A DNA stretch of 64,000 nt from the human T2T-CHM13v2.0 reference genome, Homo sapiens. Shown in pieces: positions 63,201 through 64,000 of this stretch. The position numbers and the translations under genes were made by a program. Location of the stretch: the NCBI RefSeq assembly GCF_009914755.1, contig NC_060925.1. One strand, 5' to 3'. The first letter of the stretch is position 1; every line of letters begins with the position of its first letter. The notes below the pieces were generated by a model. That model was not told the origin of the DNA. It did no database searches and saw only the letters and a list, made by a program, of their open reading frames with translations.

Positions 63201-64000
63201 GGGAAGAGAATGAGAGAGGGCAGACATGCAGTGGTGAGGTCTGCTCAGGAGGAGAGAGAAAGGGGAGAGGGAGATGGGCAAGGGAGGAAGTGGAGAAGGG
63301 CCCAGATCACCCTCTGGCTGCAGCCATCCTGTCCCCACTGGGCAGCAGACTGACGTCCCAGTCCCAGGCCATGGTCATGGTTAGGAGTTACTGTGGGTCC
63401 CATTCAACCATCAACACTCCTGTCTTTATCCTTAGGGCTTCCCTGCCCCTTTCACGTCATCCCAAATCCCAGCCTCGCTCCTTCCTGTAAACCAGGCTCT
63501 AGAAAGCTCTCAAGGAGCTAAAACCCAGGTCCCAAGGGAATTGGCCAACATTTCCTGCCTTCCTCCTTCTGCCCCCACTAAGAAGCCGGGGAGGCACTTG
63601 GGGAAGAGGCACATCAATCAATCAGTTCCACCAGCACTTACAGCAGGAAGGCGTGAGCCCCGGCCCGTACCAGGCCCGGGGAGGAGGTGGCAGTACACCA
63701 GCTACCATCTAATGGTCACCATTAGGAGCAGCCGTGGCAGAGGAAAACAAGGGCCCTGGCCTCCTGGGGATCAGGGCACATGAGTCCGAGTGCTGGGTCC
63801 TGGCACAGCAACGTCACAGGTCTACCCGGAGCCCCAGAACAGCAGGCTCGCAGCCAGCAGCTTCTCTATCTTTTTCCAGGGCCAACGGGGTGTGAGGCTG
63901 GAAAGGTTGCATGGGGCAAGAAAGGTAGCAGGGAGGGCCCGGCTTTAGGGAGCTGGGTGGCCTGGATGAAAAAGACAGAAAAACGTGGTTGCAAAATGGG

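Overview
Human genomic DNA (1p36.22; identified by recognising the encoded proteins) containing two convergent genes. The + strand carries the last three coding exons and 3'UTR of PEX14 (1-~6350). The - strand carries CASZ1 (castor zinc finger 1) from inside intron 4 through exons 5-21 and its 3'UTR (~12195-64000). All 17 CASZ1 exons have GT/AG boundaries and compatible phases. With the 16 coding nt recalled for exon 4 (outside the window) they sum to 5280 nt, the 1759-aa, 11-finger CASZ1a. The intron-16 read-through stop and tandem AATAAA that make the 5-finger CASZ1b are also visible. The window is GC-rich but Alu-poor and dotted with AT-rich, homeodomain-site-rich islands, one probably the ultraconserved element uc.2. 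The best leads are: (1) an in-frame 300-nt Pro-rich cassette exon (17618-17917) absent from the canonical CDS; (2) a duplicated 5' splice site after exon 19 predicted to give an NMD isoform; (3) a strong-Kozak Met21 that would expose an NTMT1-type A-P-K N-terminus; (4) an internal SKY[DE]..I.KLK.GE repeat; (5) a palindrome with ZNF143/THAP11-like arms next to the CASZ1a/b switch; (6) a 1.4-kb UG-rich intronic tract. No prokaryotic-type system, CRISPR array or structural RNA gene is supported. Exon numbering and named elements are from recall, not from a database search.
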